A stretch of DNA of 32,000 bases from Paraclostridium bifermentans. Its GTDB lineage: Bacteria > Bacillota > Clostridia > Peptostreptococcales > Peptostreptococcaceae. Where the stretch lies: positions 101,904-133,903 of the forward strand of contig NZ_CAXVJR010000008.1 in NCBI RefSeq assembly GCF_964259345.1, in the 5' to 3' direction. Each line of letters begins with the position of its first letter. The stretch's first letter is position 1. The notes under the pieces are model-generated. The model did no database searches. It was not told the DNA's origin and saw nothing but the letters and a program-made list of their open reading frames with translations. The translations under genes and the position numbers were made by a program. Positions 1 through 10,779 of the stretch are shown piece after piece.

Positions 1-1207
1 ACATAACAAGAAACTTAGAACTTATAATGGTAACTATTCTAAATTCGTAGAATTATCTAAAACGGAGAAAGAATTAGAAGTAAAAAAATACGAAGATCAA
101 CAAAAAGAAATAAAAAAACAAGAGGAGTCAATCGAAAGACTAAAAGCCTACGGCAGAGAAAAGCATTTAAAAAGAGCTAGAAGTAAAGAAAAAATGCTAG
201 ATAAAGTAGACGTAATGGACAGACCTGATGTTTTTAGAAAAAGAGCTAGTATAAAATTTAATCCTGCAGTCTCGAGTGGTAATGATGTACTAGAAGTTAA
301 AGATATTTCTATGGGATATGGAGAAAAAATACTTTTTAAAGATATTAATTTTAATATTTACAGAGGAGAAAAAGTAGCTTTAGTAGGAGCTAATGGTATC
401 GGTAAATCTACTTTATTTAAAATAATAATGAATGAAATAGTTCCTTTAACAGGGTCAACTAAATTAGGTACTAATGTTCATGTTGATTACTTCCACCAAG
501 AGCAAAAAACTCTTAACTTAGATAACACTATAATAGATGAAATTTGGGATGATCATCCTCAGCTTAGTCAAACAGAACTTAGAAATATGCTAGGTGCATT
601 TTTATTTGAAAATGAAGAAGTATTTAAAAAAATATCTACTTTAAGTGGTGGTGAAAGAGCTAGAGTTGCAATATTAAAACTTATTTTATCTAACTCTAAC
701 TTCTTACTGTTAGACGAGCCTACCAATCACCTTGATATAGACTCAAAAGAAGTACTAGAAGAGGCTTTAATTAATTACACAGGAACTTTATTTACTATAT
801 CTCATGATAGATATTTCTTAAATACAGTTGTAGATAAAATATTAGTATTAGATTCTGAAGGAATAACTGAATATCTTGGAAATTATGACTATTATATAGA
901 TAAGAAAAAACAAACTACTGAAATGAATGCAATAGAGGTAGTAGAAGAAAAAACAAAAACTCAATTAAAAGATGAGAAGAGAAAAGAAAGAGAACAAAGA
1001 GAAATTGAGAAAAAAGCTAGAGTTAAAAGACAAAGTATAGAAAAAGAAATAGAAACTACGGAAGAAAAAATAGAAGAGTTAAATATGCTTATGTGCCAAG
1101 AAGAAGTTTATTCTAACCCTGAAAAATCTAAAGAAGTAGGACAAGAAAAGTCAGAACTAGAAGATAAATTAAATAGTCTATACGAAGAATGGGAGCAGTT
1201 AATGTAA
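1..1207 (+). CDS. ABC-F family ATPase (soluble, ribosome-associated type), 5'-truncated by the window edge; second NBD plus K/E-rich C-terminal tail
   Basis: The frame of the listed ORF is open back to nt 2 (HNKKLRTYNGNYSKFVELSKTEKELE..., a typical ABC-F inter-domain linker). Walker A GANGIGKST, ABC signature LSGGERARV, Walker B LLLDEPTNHLD. No TM segments; Lys/Glu-rich coiled-coil tail. Confidence 0.9.
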   Translation, partial: HNKKLRTYNGNYSKFVELSKTEKELEVKKYEDQQKEIKKQEESIERLKAYGREKHLKRARSKEKMLDKVDVMDRPDVFRKRASIKFNPAVSSGNDVLEVKDISMGYGEKILFKDINFNIYRGEKVALVGANGIGKSTLFKIIMNEIVPLTGSTKLGTNVHVDYFHQEQKTLNLDNTIIDEIWDDHPQLSQTELRNMLGAFLFENEEVFKKISTLSGGERARVAILKLILSNSNFLLLDEPTNHLDIDSKEVLEEALINYTGTLFTISHDRYFLNTVVDKILVLDSEGITEYLGNYDYYIDKKKQTTEMNAIEVVEEKTKTQLKDEKRKEREQREIEKKARVKRQSIEKEIETTEEKIEELNMLMCQEEVYSNPEKSKEVGQEKSELEDKLNSLYEEWEQLM

Positions 1208-1222
1208 ACTGCTTCTTTTTTT
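1192..1222 (+). terminator. Intrinsic terminator of the ABC-F gene
   Basis: Stem 1192-1200 pairs with 1207-1215 (core GCAGTT/AACTGC), loop AATGTA, followed by a T7 run at 1216-1222. It overlaps the stop codon. Confidence 0.7.
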
Positions 1223-1317
1223 AATAATTCTGACATTACCAATAGAAATTAGTTGCTATGCATATACTATTTATATTACCATAGTATAGACATTAAATTT
1301 TTAGAGGGGGTGTTTTT

Positions 1318-2694
1318 TTGAGTAATATATTTACTCTAAATGATGAAAATAAGAGATTTTATAAGCTATTAATTTCACTTTGTATTCCAATAATAATACA
1401 AAATCTTATATCAACTTCAGTAAATGTTATAGATACTGTTATGATTAGTAGTTTAGGAGAAACCTCTGTTGCATCTATCGGTGTAGCTAATCAATTTTTC
1501 TTTTTATATAATATGACTTTGTCTGGATTAACAGGTGGAGCTGGTTTATTTATATCTCAATTTTTCGGGAAAAATGATATAAATAATATAAAAAAAGTTA
1601 CTGGTTTAAATGTTTTATTAGGAATAATACTTGGTTTATTATTTTTTATACCGGCTTTTTTCTTCCCTAAATTAATAATACACTTTTTTTCATATGACCC
1701 AGATGTTATAAAACTATGTATTGATTACTTTGGTATAATAGCATTTTGTTATCCTTTAATTGCTGTAAGTACAGTTTTTAGCATGGGTTCTAGAAGTGTT
1801 AGAAATCCAAAATTAGGTATGATTTGTAGTGCAATTGCTCTTATAAGTAATATAATTTTAAACTACGGCTTAATTTTTGGTAATTTAGGCATGCCTGCTT
1901 TAGGTGTTAAAGGTGCAGCAATAGCAACTGTTATAGCTAGAATAATTGAGTTTTCATTATTAATTGGCTATGTTTATTTTGCTAAAAAAGATTATATATT
2001 AAAATTCAACTTAAGTAATATAAAAGATATTGATAAATCATTCATAAATTCATTTTTTGCTAAAAGTACTCCAATATTATTAAATGACACTGGATGGGCT
2101 ATAGGAACTGTTTTATACTCAGTTGCTTATTCTAAAGCAGGTACTTCTGCTATCGCAGCTAGTCAAATAGCTACTAGTACAGGAAACTTCTTTATTATGA
2201 CAGCTGTATGTGTTGCCATTGGTGCATCTATTATGCTTGGTAATGAACTTGGTGCCGATAACAAAGAAATTGCTATTGATTATGCAAAGAGATTTTCTAA
2301 AATTGTATTTGTTGTAGGTACAATATTTGGTATACTTCTTATATTCAATATACCTTTATTACTTAAGATGTTTAGTGTAACTGATAGTCTAGCTCCTGAT
2401 ATAATAAAAATATTTATTATAATGGGACTTCTTATGGGGCTTAAATCTTTTAATACACTTTTAATTATAGGTATACTAAGAAGTGGTGGAGATACGAAAT
2501 ACTCTCTATTCTTAGAGTTAGGTTGTATGTGGTTAGTTTCATTACCACTTACATTCATATTTGCTGTAAAAGGAGCTCCAATTTATGTTTTAGTTCTTCT
2601 TACTTATTCTGAAGAAATTGTTAAGTTTATATTTGGGGTGCCTAGAGCATTATCTAAAAAATGGGTTGCAAATATTGTAAAAGAAATTAACTAA
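1318..2694 (+). CDS. MATE family multidrug/sodium-coupled efflux transporter
   Basis: 458 aa and highly hydrophobic, with about 12 predicted TM stretches. The N-terminal pattern (IPIIIQNLISTSVNVIDTVMISSLGE) is typical of MATE/NorM-like proteins. TTG start preceded by a GAGGGGG SD at 7 nt. Confidence 0.85.
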   Translation: MSNIFTLNDENKRFYKLLISLCIPIIIQNLISTSVNVIDTVMISSLGETSVASIGVANQFFFLYNMTLSGLTGGAGLFISQFFGKNDINNIKKVTGLNVLLGIILGLLFFIPAFFFPKLIIHFFSYDPDVIKLCIDYFGIIAFCYPLIAVSTVFSMGSRSVRNPKLGMICSAIALISNIILNYGLIFGNLGMPALGVKGAAIATVIARIIEFSLLIGYVYFAKKDYILKFNLSNIKDIDKSFINSFFAKSTPILLNDTGWAIGTVLYSVAYSKAGTSAIAASQIATSTGNFFIMTAVCVAIGASIMLGNELGADNKEIAIDYAKRFSKIVFVVGTIFGILLIFNIPLLLKMFSVTDSLAPDIIKIFIIMGLLMGLKSFNTLLIIGILRSGGDTKYSLFLELGCMWLVSLPLTFIFAVKGAPIYVLVLLTYSEEIVKFIFGVPRALSKKWVANIVKEIN

Positions 2695-2711
2695 TTTTTA
2701 GTTATTTTAAC

Positions 2712-2750
2712 AAAAAAGCTCTGCTTATAATTTATAAGCAGAGCTTTTTT
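2712..2750. terminator. Bidirectional intrinsic terminator between convergent MATE and GH13 genes
   Basis: Perfect 13-bp stem AGCTCTGCTTATA (2717-2729) / TATAAGCAGAGCT (2732-2744), flanked by an A-run on the left and a T-run on the right. Confidence 0.85.
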
Positions 2751-2756
2751 ATATTA

Positions 2757-4550
2757 TTATAATATTTTATCTAAATTAATTACTTCAAATGACTTAGGTT
2801 TTAATTTTAAATTTTTTACTTTATTACATAAATTTTCAATAGTATCAAATTCTATATATTCTTCGCTTTCTGATCTATTTATTAATATTAAAATTCCATC
2901 TTTATATTCACTTTCAATATATCTAATGTATCCAAATACATTTGTGTTTTCCAACTTTAAAAACTTTGTATCCCCTTTAATTAAAGTTTTATTTGTATTT
3001 CTATACTTAGTAATGTCTTTATAAAAATTTAATATATCCTTATCTTCATTTTTCCAAGGATATGTTCTTCTATTATCTGGATCTTTTTCTCCTAAAAGTC
3101 CTGCTTCATCTCCATAATAAATATATGGAACGCCTTCAAATGTCATTTGTGTAGCAACTGCTAATTTAAATAGTTCTTTATCTTCATTTAATTCTGTAAT
3201 TATTCTTCTAGTGTCATGAGTTCCTATTAAATTCAAATTAGACTTAAAGGCTTCTTTTGGATAATTTTCTTTTACTGTCATAAACTTATTATATGCATCT
3301 ATAGAGTCTATCTTATGCGTTAAAAAATCGATTAATATATTTTTAAATACATATCCTGTGACTCCATTTAACTGATTTCCTAAAAGATACTTTCTTCTTT
3401 CTTCATAGCTAACTTTATTTGATGCATCTTCCCATACTTCACCTATCAGTATAGATTCTTCATCTATTTTTAAAGTCTCACTTTTTAATTCTTCTATAAA
3501 TTCAGTTGGAAGCTCATCTACTACATCTAATCTCCAACCTTTAACTCCATAATTCATCCATTTTTTTATTACACTATCTTTATCTTTTATAATATAGTCA
3601 ATATATGATTTTTCCATTTCATTAACATTTGGGAGTGATTTTACTCCCCACCAACAATCATATTTTTCTGGATGATTCTTAAATTTATACCATTGTATAT
3701 ATGGAGATTCTAGCGACTGGTATGCACCTAATGAATCATAATTTCCATATTTATTAAAATATATACTATCATCACCTGTATGACTAAATACTCCATCAAG
3801 TATAATGTTTATACCCTTTTTACTACATTCTTCAATTAATTTTTTAAATGTTTCTTCATCTCCAAACATAGAATCAATTTTTTTATAATCTCCAGTGTCA
3901 TACTTATGATTACTTTGAGACTCAAATATAGGACTTAAATATATTATGCTTATTCCTAAATTTTTCAAGTAACTTAATTTATTAATTACTCCTTTTAAAT
4001 TCCCTCCATAAAAGTCCCATCTAACTACTTCATTATCATTGTTTTTTATATACATAGGTGTATCTTCCCAATTTGCGTATATAAAACTGTTTTTTTTAGG
4101 ATTATTTATTTTTCCAACTTTATTGAATCTATCTACAAATATATGATACAAAACACCTTCTTTAAACCACTTAGGGCTTTTTATTCCTTTACTAACTGTA
4201 ATCTGATATTTGTTAATATCATTTAAATTTAAATAAACTCTACACTCTCCATTTTCATGATTTTTACCATAATATCTAGTTTCTATATTTCCATTTATCT
4301 CTTCTTGAGTTTTAAAGTAATAGAAATAAATATTTTTTTCAGCTAAATAATATTCAGCTAAATTAAATATATTATTTTGTATTTTTTTCATTGGTATTTC
4401 TTCTATATATTTTTCATCAGCTTCTACGATTAACCATACATCTTTTACATTATCCCTAGCTGTTACATTCAAATTTAATTTTTCTCCTAATTCTAATGCT
4501 CCGAAAGGTTTTTTAAAACTTTCTACCCAAGAATTATATGTTATACTCAT
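2757..4550 (-). CDS. GH13 alpha-amylase-family glycosidase (neopullulanase/cyclomaltodextrinase-like), last gene of the glycogen operon
   Basis: GH13 conserved regions are present: DGVFSHTG (I), GWRLDVVDEL (II, nucleophile Asp), GEVWED (III, acid/base Glu), LIGTHDTRR (IV). I place the start at ATG 4550 (MSITYNSW), 9 nt after AAGGTGG. The track's GTG at 4562 lies inside the SD. Confidence 0.85.
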   Translation of the reverse strand: MSITYNSWVESFKKPFGALELGEKLNLNVTARDNVKDVWLIVEADEKYIEEIPMKKIQNNIFNLAEYYLAEKNIYFYYFKTQEEINGNIETRYYGKNHENGECRVYLNLNDINKYQITVSKGIKSPKWFKEGVLYHIFVDRFNKVGKINNPKKNSFIYANWEDTPMYIKNNDNEVVRWDFYGGNLKGVINKLSYLKNLGISIIYLSPIFESQSNHKYDTGDYKKIDSMFGDEETFKKLIEECSKKGINIILDGVFSHTGDDSIYFNKYGNYDSLGAYQSLESPYIQWYKFKNHPEKYDCWWGVKSLPNVNEMEKSYIDYIIKDKDSVIKKWMNYGVKGWRLDVVDELPTEFIEELKSETLKIDEESILIGEVWEDASNKVSYEERRKYLLGNQLNGVTGYVFKNILIDFLTHKIDSIDAYNKFMTVKENYPKEAFKSNLNLIGTHDTRRIITELNEDKELFKLAVATQMTFEGVPYIYYGDEAGLLGEKDPDNRRTYPWKNEDKDILNFYKDITKYRNTNKTLIKGDTKFLKLENTNVFGYIRYIESEYKDGILILINRSESEEYIEFDTIENLCNKVKNLKLKPKSFEVINLDKIL

Positions 4551-4565
4551 TTGCTCCCCCACCTT

Positions 4566-7001
4566 TTATCTCTTAGATAAATTATTTTTATACCATATAT
4601 CCTTAGCATATTCACTTATAGTTCTATCTGTTGAAAATATTCCTGAATTAGCTATATTTATTAAAGACATCTCATTCCAATGATTTCTATCTTTATATAA
4701 TTTATTTATTTTTTTCTGAGCTTCTATATAATTTTCAAAATCTCTTAATACAAAAAATTCATCATTATATGTTATTAACGAATTATATATTTGCCTTCCT
4801 TCTTCTCGTATATTTGGTATAAATCCATTTACTAAGTCATCTACAACTCTTTTTATATAAAAATTATTAGAATATATATCTGCAGATGAATATCCCCCAT
4901 ATTTGTTGTACTGTAGAACTTGTTCTGCTAACAATCCAAATAAAATTATATTTTCATCGCCTACTTGTTCATAAATCTCTACATTAGCACCATCCAAAGT
5001 TGCTATAGTTATAGCTCCATTCATCATAAACTTCATATTACTAGTTCCTGATGCTTCTTTTGTAGTTGTAGATATTTGTTCACTTACATTTGTAGCTGGT
5101 ATTATTCTTTCAGCTAAGGAAACTCCATAATTTTCTATAAAAACTATCTTTAATTTATTATTTATGTTTTTATCATTATTTATTTTATGAGCTAATTCAT
5201 TTATAAATTTAATAACACATTTAGCAAAATAATATCCTGGTGCTGCTTTTGCTCCAAATATAAAAGTCCTAGGTTGTATATCTAAGTTTGGATTATCTAA
5301 AAGTTCATGGTATAGATGAAGTATGTGAAGTGCATTCATAAGTTGTCGTTTATATGCATGTAATCTCTTTATTTGAACATCAAAGATAGAATTCGGGTCT
5401 ACTAATATCCCGTTTCTATCTTTTATGATTTTAGCTAAATCATTTTTATTATCTAACTTTATTTTTTCCAATTTTTCTAGTGTGTTAATGTCATTTTTAT
5501 ATTCTTCTAGCTTTTTTAATTGTGTTGTATCTTTTTCCCAATCATTTCCTATAAGTTGAGTTATAAAACTGGATAATCTAGGATTAGACAACATTAACCA
5601 ACGTCTATGGGCTATTCCATTAGTCTTATTATTAAATTTAAATGGTTCATTTTCATAAAAATCTCTTAAAACCTCTTTCTTTAATATTTCTGTATGAAGT
5701 TGTGCAACTCCATTTACACTGTAACTTCCAATTATACTTAAATTTGCCATGTTAACATTATTATTTGATATTATAGACATTCTATCAATTTTTTCATTAT
5801 TATCTTTATATTTACTAGTTAATTCTTTTAATTGTCTTTTATTTATTTCCTCTATTATCATATAAATTCTTGGTAATAAATCTTTAATCATATTTATTTG
5901 CCACTTTTCCATAGCTTCCGCCATTATAGTATGATTTGTATATGATATAGATTTTTTAGTTATTATCCAAGCTTCATCCCATCCAAGTCCTTCTTCATCC
6001 ATAAGTATTCTCATAAGCTCCGGAATACACAATGATGGATGAGTGTCATTTATATGAATTGCTACCTTCTCATGTATTTTTTTAATATCTATTTTATTTT
6101 TTTTACATTTTCTTATTATATCCTGTATTCCTGAGCTAACTAAAAAGTACTCCTGTTTTAACCTTAATATTTTCCCTGCATCATTAGAATCATTCGGGTA
6201 CAATACTTGTGATATTTCATCTGCATAATATCGATATTGCAACGCATCATGATAACTTCCATAGCTATTTCTGCAATCTTTTAATATAGGTTCAAAATCT
6301 TTTCTAGGTATATCCGATTTAAATAATCTAAGCGTGTTTATATGTTTATTGTTGTATCCTATTATTGGTATATCATAAGGAACAGCCATTACAGGAATAT
6401 AATTTTTATGAATAGGTTTTAATCTACCATTATATTCAATAAGTTCAATATTACCTCCAAATTTAACTATAAGAGCTTTATTAGGTCTTACAGTTTCCCA
6501 TATATACGATTCTTCTTTTAACCAATTATCAGGAACTTCTATTTGGTGCCCATTTACAAATTTTTGTTCAAATAAGCCATATTTATATCTTATTCCATAT
6601 CCATGTCCGCTTATATTAAGAGATGCCATAGAGTCTAAAAAACATGCTGCTAATCTTCCTAGTCCTCCATTTCCTAATGCAGGATCAACTTCTGCTTGAA
6701 TTAATTCATCTAAGTTTATATCCATATCATTAAGAATTGATTTAATTTCTTTCATTATTCCTAAGTTTAAAAGATTTGATTCTAATTGCCTTCCCAATAA
6801 AAATTCTATGCAAAAATAATACACTTCTTTTTCTTTATTAATTCTACTTTCTTTCCATACATTAGCTACTTTATTTTTTAAAACTGTAACTAATGTATTT
6901 AGTAATTGCTCACTATTAGCTTCGCATATACTTTGATTATATAAAAAATCCATTTGCCTTTTAAACTCGACTTTAAATTCTTCTCTATTTATGAGAGTCA
7001 A
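4566..7001 (-). CDS. glgP: Glycogen/maltodextrin phosphorylase (GT35)
   Basis: 811 aa. Pyridoxal-phosphate lysine motif EASGTSNMKFMMNGA, GNGGLGRLAACFLDS motif, operon context. TTG start after AGGAGGGGGG. Confidence 0.95.
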   Translation of the reverse strand: MTLINREEFKVEFKRQMDFLYNQSICEANSEQLLNTLVTVLKNKVANVWKESRINKEKEVYYFCIEFLLGRQLESNLLNLGIMKEIKSILNDMDINLDELIQAEVDPALGNGGLGRLAACFLDSMASLNISGHGYGIRYKYGLFEQKFVNGHQIEVPDNWLKEESYIWETVRPNKALIVKFGGNIELIEYNGRLKPIHKNYIPVMAVPYDIPIIGYNNKHINTLRLFKSDIPRKDFEPILKDCRNSYGSYHDALQYRYYADEISQVLYPNDSNDAGKILRLKQEYFLVSSGIQDIIRKCKKNKIDIKKIHEKVAIHINDTHPSLCIPELMRILMDEEGLGWDEAWIITKKSISYTNHTIMAEAMEKWQINMIKDLLPRIYMIIEEINKRQLKELTSKYKDNNEKIDRMSIISNNNVNMANLSIIGSYSVNGVAQLHTEILKKEVLRDFYENEPFKFNNKTNGIAHRRWLMLSNPRLSSFITQLIGNDWEKDTTQLKKLEEYKNDINTLEKLEKIKLDNKNDLAKIIKDRNGILVDPNSIFDVQIKRLHAYKRQLMNALHILHLYHELLDNPNLDIQPRTFIFGAKAAPGYYFAKCVIKFINELAHKINNDKNINNKLKIVFIENYGVSLAERIIPATNVSEQISTTTKEASGTSNMKFMMNGAITIATLDGANVEIYEQVGDENIILFGLLAEQVLQYNKYGGYSSADIYSNNFYIKRVVDDLVNGFIPNIREEGRQIYNSLITYNDEFFVLRDFENYIEAQKKINKLYKDRNHWNEMSLINIANSGIFSTDRTISEYAKDIWYKNNLSKR

Positions 7002-7016
7002 TGTCCCCCCTCCTTT

Positions 7017-8462
7017 TTATATAGTCATCTCATTATATGTTTCTATATATGTTTTTGCCGACTTATCCCAGCTGTTATCTGTATTCATAGCACTTTTAAC
7101 TAATTTATACCAATCATCTTTATTATTCTTATAAAGATCTACTGCCGACTTAATACAATAAAACATCTCATGAGCATTATAATTTTTAAAACTAAATCCA
7201 TTACCTTCTCCATTATATTTGTTATACGGTATAACTGTGTCTTTAAGTCCCCCAGTTTCTCTAACTATAGGTATTGACCCATATCTCATAGCTATCATTT
7301 GTCCTATTCCACAAGGTTCAAATAAAGATGGCATTAAGAACATATCTGATGCTGCATAAATTTGTTGAGCTAATGCTGCATCAAATGTTAGTATTGCTGC
7401 AACTTTACTAGTATATTTCGATGAATAATAATTTAGCATAGATTGATATTGCTCTTCTCCAGTTCCTAAAACAACTAGTTGTAAATCTTCCCCTATTATT
7501 TCTGGCATCATATATGAAATCAAATCTAACCCTTTTTGAGAAACTAATCTAGAAACTATACCTATCATAGGTATATCCTTATTAACTTCTAATCCAAGAA
7601 TTTTTTGTAACTCTAATTTATTATTTACTTTATCTTCTATGGAATTTAAACTGTAATTACATACTATATTTTTATCTTCTTCTGGATTGTTAACTTCATA
7701 ATCAATTCCATTTACAATTCCCTTTAACTTATGGTTATTAGCTTTTATTAATCCATCTAAACTTTCTCCATAGTATTTTGTCTGAATTTCATTTGAGTAA
7801 GTCGGGCTTACTGTACTTACCTTATCTGAATATACTATACCTGCTTTCATAAAGTTAATCGCACCATAGTATTCAATATATCCTTCATCTAAATACCACC
7901 TAGGTATAGCTAATACATCATCTATATTTTTATTAGAAAATACACCTTGATACTGTAAATTATGTATAGTATAGATAGTTTTTATATTAGTATATCTTTC
8001 ATCTTGATTATAATGTTCTTTTAAAAGTAACGGTATCATACCCGTATGCCAATCATTTAAATTCATTACATCTGGGTAAAAATCTATTCTTTTTAATGAT
8101 TCTAATACTGCATTACTAAAGAATGTAAATCTTTCTGCATCATCTTCATATCCATATAAATATGCATATTCACCTTCTCTCTTAAAGTAAAACTCATTGT
8201 CTATAAAATAAAATATTACTCCATCTAACTCTAGTTCTAATAACCCACAATATTGATTTCTCCAAGCTACATTTACGTTAAATACTGCAACTTTTTTCAT
8301 TTTATCTTTTAAATACTTAGGTATATTAACGTATTTAGGCATAATAACCCTTACATCAACACCTTCTTTTTTTAATGCTTTAGGAAGTGCATAAGATACA
8401 TCTCCTAATCCACCTGTCTTTGCGAAAGGCCAACATTCGGCTGTAACAAAAAGAACCTTCAC
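7017..8462 (-). CDS. glgA: Glycogen synthase (ADP-glucose type, GT5)
   Basis: N-terminal MKVLFVTAECWPFAKTGGLGDV (KTGGL motif), 481 aa, operon context. GTG start 6 nt after GAGGGGGA. Confidence 0.95.
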   Translation of the reverse strand: MKVLFVTAECWPFAKTGGLGDVSYALPKALKKEGVDVRVIMPKYVNIPKYLKDKMKKVAVFNVNVAWRNQYCGLLELELDGVIFYFIDNEFYFKREGEYAYLYGYEDDAERFTFFSNAVLESLKRIDFYPDVMNLNDWHTGMIPLLLKEHYNQDERYTNIKTIYTIHNLQYQGVFSNKNIDDVLAIPRWYLDEGYIEYYGAINFMKAGIVYSDKVSTVSPTYSNEIQTKYYGESLDGLIKANNHKLKGIVNGIDYEVNNPEEDKNIVCNYSLNSIEDKVNNKLELQKILGLEVNKDIPMIGIVSRLVSQKGLDLISYMMPEIIGEDLQLVVLGTGEEQYQSMLNYYSSKYTSKVAAILTFDAALAQQIYAASDMFLMPSLFEPCGIGQMIAMRYGSIPIVRETGGLKDTVIPYNKYNGEGNGFSFKNYNAHEMFYCIKSAVDLYKNNKDDWYKLVKSAMNTDNSWDKSAKTYIETYNEMTI

Positions 8463-8475
8463 AATATATCCCCCT

Positions 8476-9603
8476 CTATATACTCACATTTTTTTCTAAT
8501 ACTAATGGTAAATTTATATCTCCCTTTAACTCTTTCCCGTCTGATATACATACATTTTTGTCCAGTATAACATTGTCTAATTTAACATATTCCTTTATAA
8601 TTCCATTTTGCATAACTATAGAATTTTTAATAACTGCTCCTTTTTTCACATGAACTTTTCTAAATATAATACTATCTTTTACTTCCCCTTCTATTAAACA
8701 ACCTGTTGCCACAAGTGAATTTCTTACATTCGATGTTTCAGTATATAAAGTTGGTTGTTCATTTTTTTCTTTTGTATATATTTTTCTTTCCGAGTAAAAT
8801 AATTCACTAGCTATATAAACATCTAATAAATCTTTATTAGCCTGAAAATAAGAACTTGTAGAGTTTATACACTTTAGATATCCTTCATATTCATATACTC
8901 CTACGTCTATCTTATCTAAACTTTCAGCTATGCAATCTTCTATACAATTGTATTCTCCTTTTGATACAGCTGAATATATAATATCTATAAATAATTCCTT
9001 TTTCATTATATACATTTCCATAGATATATTAGCTTCTGTTTCTCTTCCTATATTAACTCCCATACTTGAAATTTTATTTTCCTCATTTATATTCAATACA
9101 GTTGTTCCTAAAAAGTCTTTATCTGCATTATTTATATTTTTATAAATTATAGTTATTTTATTTTTTGATAGCTTATGATAATCAAGTGCTTTTTTGTAAT
9201 CTATATTACAAATCATATAACTTGGAGATACAAGTACATACTTTTGTTTACTTTTTTCTATATAGTCTATATTTGAAAATATATTTTTCAAATCTCCTCT
9301 TTTTACTGTATGGTAAATATTTTTTTTCGTATTCTCTGGACTAAATACAAATAGTCCATCATTTTTAGTAGATAAATCCCAATGACTTCCATTGCCTAAA
9401 TGATCTGTTAATGATCTATATTTTTGATCTGAAAAAATACCAATATTTTTCATGCCTGCATTTATCATATTGGATAATGTAAAATCTATTATTCTATACC
9501 TTCCACCAATTGGAATAGATGCAACTACTCTTGAACCAGTTAGCTCTTTCAAATTGTCACCTTTTTTATTTATGTTAATAATCCCCATGCATTCCTTATT
9601 CAT
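8476..9603 (-). CDS. glgD: Glucose-1-phosphate adenylyltransferase regulatory subunit GlgD
   Basis: Paralogue of the adjacent GlgC (nucleotidyltransferase fold plus left-handed beta-helix C-terminus), but the GGxGxRL catalytic loop is degenerate (GSRVVASIPIGGRYRIID). Position between glgC and glgA as in Bacillus. Confidence 0.85.
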   Translation of the reverse strand: MNKECMGIININKKGDNLKELTGSRVVASIPIGGRYRIIDFTLSNMINAGMKNIGIFSDQKYRSLTDHLGNGSHWDLSTKNDGLFVFSPENTKKNIYHTVKRGDLKNIFSNIDYIEKSKQKYVLVSPSYMICNIDYKKALDYHKLSKNKITIIYKNINNADKDFLGTTVLNINEENKISSMGVNIGRETEANISMEMYIMKKELFIDIIYSAVSKGEYNCIEDCIAESLDKIDVGVYEYEGYLKCINSTSSYFQANKDLLDVYIASELFYSERKIYTKEKNEQPTLYTETSNVRNSLVATGCLIEGEVKDSIIFRKVHVKKGAVIKNSIVMQNGIIKEYVKLDNVILDKNVCISDGKELKGDINLPLVLEKNVSI

Positions 9604-9616
9604 AAAATTAATCCCC

Positions 9617-10747
9617 CTATACCAATTCCATAGATATCACTTCAAATTCCGATACTACACTTATATTTCCATCTTTACTAGATATATTACTATCATCTTT
9701 TATAACTGCACATTCTCCTATCATAGCTTTCTCTATAACTACATTTTTACCTATCCTTGCCCCAGACATTATTATAGAATCTTTTACAACACTACCTTCT
9801 TCTATAATAACATCATGTGATAAAATAGAGTTTTCAACGGTTCCTAATACTCTACATCCATCTACTACTATTGATTTTTTCACCTTAGCATCTTTACCTA
9901 AATATTGGGGAGGCATAGCCATTGTATTTGTATAAATTCTCCAATTTGAATCATTTAAGTTAAATCCATTATTATAATCAATCAAGTCCATATTTGCTTG
10001 CCATAAACTTTCTATAGTCCCTACATCTCTCCAGTATCCATTAAATTCATAAGCATACATATTTATATTATCTTCCAACATTTTAGGGATTAAATTTTTT
10101 CCAAAATCTATATATGTTTCTTCTGACTCAAAATAATTTTTTAGTGTTTTCCAATTAAATATATAAATTCCCATAGATGCTAAGTTACTCTTAGGTTTTT
10201 CTGGTTTTTCTTCAAATTCATATATACTTAAATCTTCTTTGGTATTCATTATTCCAAATCTACTCGCTTCATCCCAGTCAACTTCCATAACAGCAATTGT
10301 AACATCAGAGTCCTTAGCTTTATGTTGTTCTAACATGTCACTATAGTCCATTTTATAAATATGGTCTCCTGATAATATCAATACATATTCTGGATTGTAA
10401 CTATCTATATAGTCCATGTTTTGATATATAGCATCTGCAGTTCCTTTATACCAATTGCCTTCTTTTTCCTTCATATATGGTTGAAGTATTGATAATCCCC
10501 CATTTCTTCTATCTAAATCCCAATGACTTCCTATACCTATATGTGAATTTAATAACAGTGGTCTGTACTGAGTTAATACTCCAACTGTATCTATTCCTGA
10601 ATTTGAACAATTGCTTAAGACAAAATCTATTATTCTATATTTACCTCCAAATGAAACTGCTGGCTTAGCTATATTTTTAGTAAAAACCCCTAATCTTGAT
10701 CCTTGGCCACCTGCTAAAATCATAGCTATCATTTCTTTTTTCATCAT
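9617..10747 (-). CDS. glgC: Glucose-1-phosphate adenylyltransferase catalytic subunit
   Basis: LAGGQGSRL glycine-rich loop, [20 protein letters not shown], hexapeptide-repeat C-terminus. SD AGGGGGA lies upstream. Confidence 0.95.
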   Translation of the reverse strand: MMKKEMIAMILAGGQGSRLGVFTKNIAKPAVSFGGKYRIIDFVLSNCSNSGIDTVGVLTQYRPLLLNSHIGIGSHWDLDRRNGGLSILQPYMKEKEGNWYKGTADAIYQNMDYIDSYNPEYVLILSGDHIYKMDYSDMLEQHKAKDSDVTIAVMEVDWDEASRFGIMNTKEDLSIYEFEEKPEKPKSNLASMGIYIFNWKTLKNYFESEETYIDFGKNLIPKMLEDNINMYAYEFNGYWRDVGTIESLWQANMDLIDYNNGFNLNDSNWRIYTNTMAMPPQYLGKDAKVKKSIVVDGCRVLGTVENSILSHDVIIEEGSVVKDSIIMSGARIGKNVVIEKAMIGECAVIKDDSNISSKDGNISVVSEFEVISMELV

Positions 10748-10779
10748 ATACTACTAATCCCCCTAATAAAGTTAAACTT

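Noticed and set aside
940-1200. A repetitive Lys/Glu/Arg-rich coding stretch at the 3' end of the ABC-F gene (AAAGAAAGAGAA-type purine runs) that looks like a DNA repeat.
   Set aside because: It is in frame and encodes the charged coiled-coil C-terminal extension typical of ABC-F proteins. There is no exact tandem unit.
4551-4562. GTG 4562 as the start of the GH13 gene.
   Set aside because: The GTG is part of the AAGGTGGGGGAG ribosome-binding sequence serving ATG 4550, and it almost touches the glgP stop at 4566.
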